A stretch of DNA of 64,000 bases from Trichosphaerium sp. ATCC 40318. Lineage: Eukaryota > Protista > Tubulinea. Below the pieces are notes generated by a model that worked only from the letters and a program-made list of their open reading frames with translations, did not search any database and was not told the origin of the DNA. Of the stretch, positions 62,406 to 64,000 are shown piece by piece (the first letter of the stretch is position 1; the number at the start of each line of letters is the position of its first letter). The stretch is from contig JALMLS010000612.1 of assembly GCA_038496445.1 (NCBI GenBank), positions 248,001 through 312,000 of the forward strand, in the 5' to 3' direction. The position numbers and the translations under genes were made by a program.

Positions 62406-64000
62406 TCAAACTGAATCTTCTAATTGTACTTCATTAGAAGTCATAAAAGAATCTGGGCTAAAAGGTGCATCAGACTGCATATTATCAGTTTCACCTCCAA
62501 CATCCTCCATCTATTTCACCTCTTAGTAAAAAAAAGAAGAAAACTATTTGCACTGCACAAAACAGTTTAAAGTATACGTACCTCCAATGTATTGTCTCCG
62601 CCTGTATAATCATCAGCTCTAAATGGAATTGGAGCAGTAATAGTAAGAACAAACATCATATAGACATTAAGAATGACTAAAGAAGAGCAATAAAACCCAT
62701 GAGCAAGTTGACCCCAAATATGCCTAGGATTATTCCTAATCCGTAAGTACGCTAATAAAAACGCAAAAACAATTGCGATTATCAACACAAGATGAGCCAT
62801 ATAGAGCTCAACCACTTTAAGCATACGATAGCCATGCGAAGATGAAATAACAGCCTCAGTGAGACGAGCAATAGCATGTGCAATCATCAACACAATAAGT
62901 ATTGCACAAGTAACGCCAAGACCCTTAAAAGAAAAACACATTAATTTTCAAAATCACGTGCACCAAGCTGAAAATGTTTCGATTAAAATAACGTACAAAG
63001 AATAATGGAACCTCCACAGAGAGCTTGTATTGAATAAAAAACGGATATATAACAGCAAGACCAACAGGAAGTAAGATGAACGGCAATATTATTTTAGGAA
63101 CATAAAATCTAAGCCATGGGCGATCCTCTGGTGACTAATATGGATCAGTATAAATAGTAAAAGTGGTTAAAGAGTAGTAGTTTTGTACTGTGCCAAAGCC
63201 ATGTGCGTGAAGTATGAACACAAATAATAAGTAGACCAAAAATAGCCAAACTGGAATTGCATTAAATATGTCAAAGATTTCCACCTCGCCAATAGACCAT
63301 ACAAAAGGAACTATTTCTTTGATAAGTAACTATAGTATTGACCAAACTGAATAAAATACGCACAGTTGACAAACGGGAGCAAAATTGCAAGAGGGAGTAA
63401 AGTCCTTGAACAGCATTAAAAATACTTGTCAAAAAAGTTATAAATAACAGTAACATACATTTGTGTCCACATGTCGACGTTCTTCAACTTCAATTTTGTG
63501 TAGGCACTCATTGCTATATATGCAACAAGGAAAATAATACTTACAATAAATAAAGGTATTTGTGCCGGCGAAATACCATCGACAAGTGACGTATCAATGG
63601 TTTGTATAACAAATCTCATAGCACTAACTTGTGAGTATAAAACTTTGTTTTCTTCCTCAGGAAAGGCTACATTAAGTGTAATATCAGAATGGGACCAAGG
63701 TAATGGTAGTTCGTCCTATAGAATAAACATGTTAACAACCAACAAAATTCACGTGTAATGGTATAAAAATGGAGACAAGTTTTTTTTTTTGAGTTAACAG
63801 TTTTTTGCTTTTTGAAGAAAACGTTTCGGTTTAGGACTTACAATTGTGAAGACGCATGAAGGGTGTCCGGTAATCTCTGTCCTCTCAACACAGTATAGTT
63901 TACGAGTAATTCTTGAGTCTACAAGGCGGTCTGGTGTACGTTTTGTTAGAGATTGCTTTCCAGTGATAAGAAGATCGAAAGTGACTTCGTATGTGCCATA
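62406..64000 (-). CDS. Multipass membrane protein, TMEM181/Wntless-like (5' end outside window)
   Basis: About 7 hydrophobic helices; LLPLAILLP and RFYVPKIILP resemble TMEM181; acidic C-tail; stop at 62406. Confidence 0.5.

Noticed and set aside
1-64000. CRISPR arrays, prokaryotic operons, transposons, U12-type introns
   Set aside because: No spaced direct repeats, transposase/RT motifs or terminal repeats seen; no GTATCCTT/ATATCCTT donor needed at any modelled junction.

Overview
Gene-dense, AT-rich eukaryotic nuclear DNA in the standard genetic code. It carries about 25 intron-rich protein genes (roughly 200 short spliceosomal introns, mostly 40-60 nt, dominant donor GTACG) and one intronic tRNA-Leu(TAA). 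Cortexillin plus a vinculin/alpha-catenin-like gene point to an amoebozoan. Gene models were assembled by hand from the sequence; family calls come from recalled motifs, not database searches. Main highlights: (1) Three paralogues of an uncharacterised ~70-aa Trp-rich repeat family with conserved phase-2 introns. One carries a C-terminal PD-(D/E)XK/RAP-like nuclease and two stop just before it, an arrangement reminiscent of PPR-DYW versus PPR-E editing factors. (2) Strong enrichment of the palindrome CACGTG in longer introns and promoters, including three GC-AG introns whose donor itself forms the motif. (3) A multipass-transporter/pyruvyltransferase-like fusion. (4) A headless NACHT protein with novel 31-aa repeats. 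(5) A signal-peptide VWA-GTPase. (6) A perfect antisense element to the intronic tRNA within the same intron. No CRISPR array, rRNA or recognisable transposon was seen.
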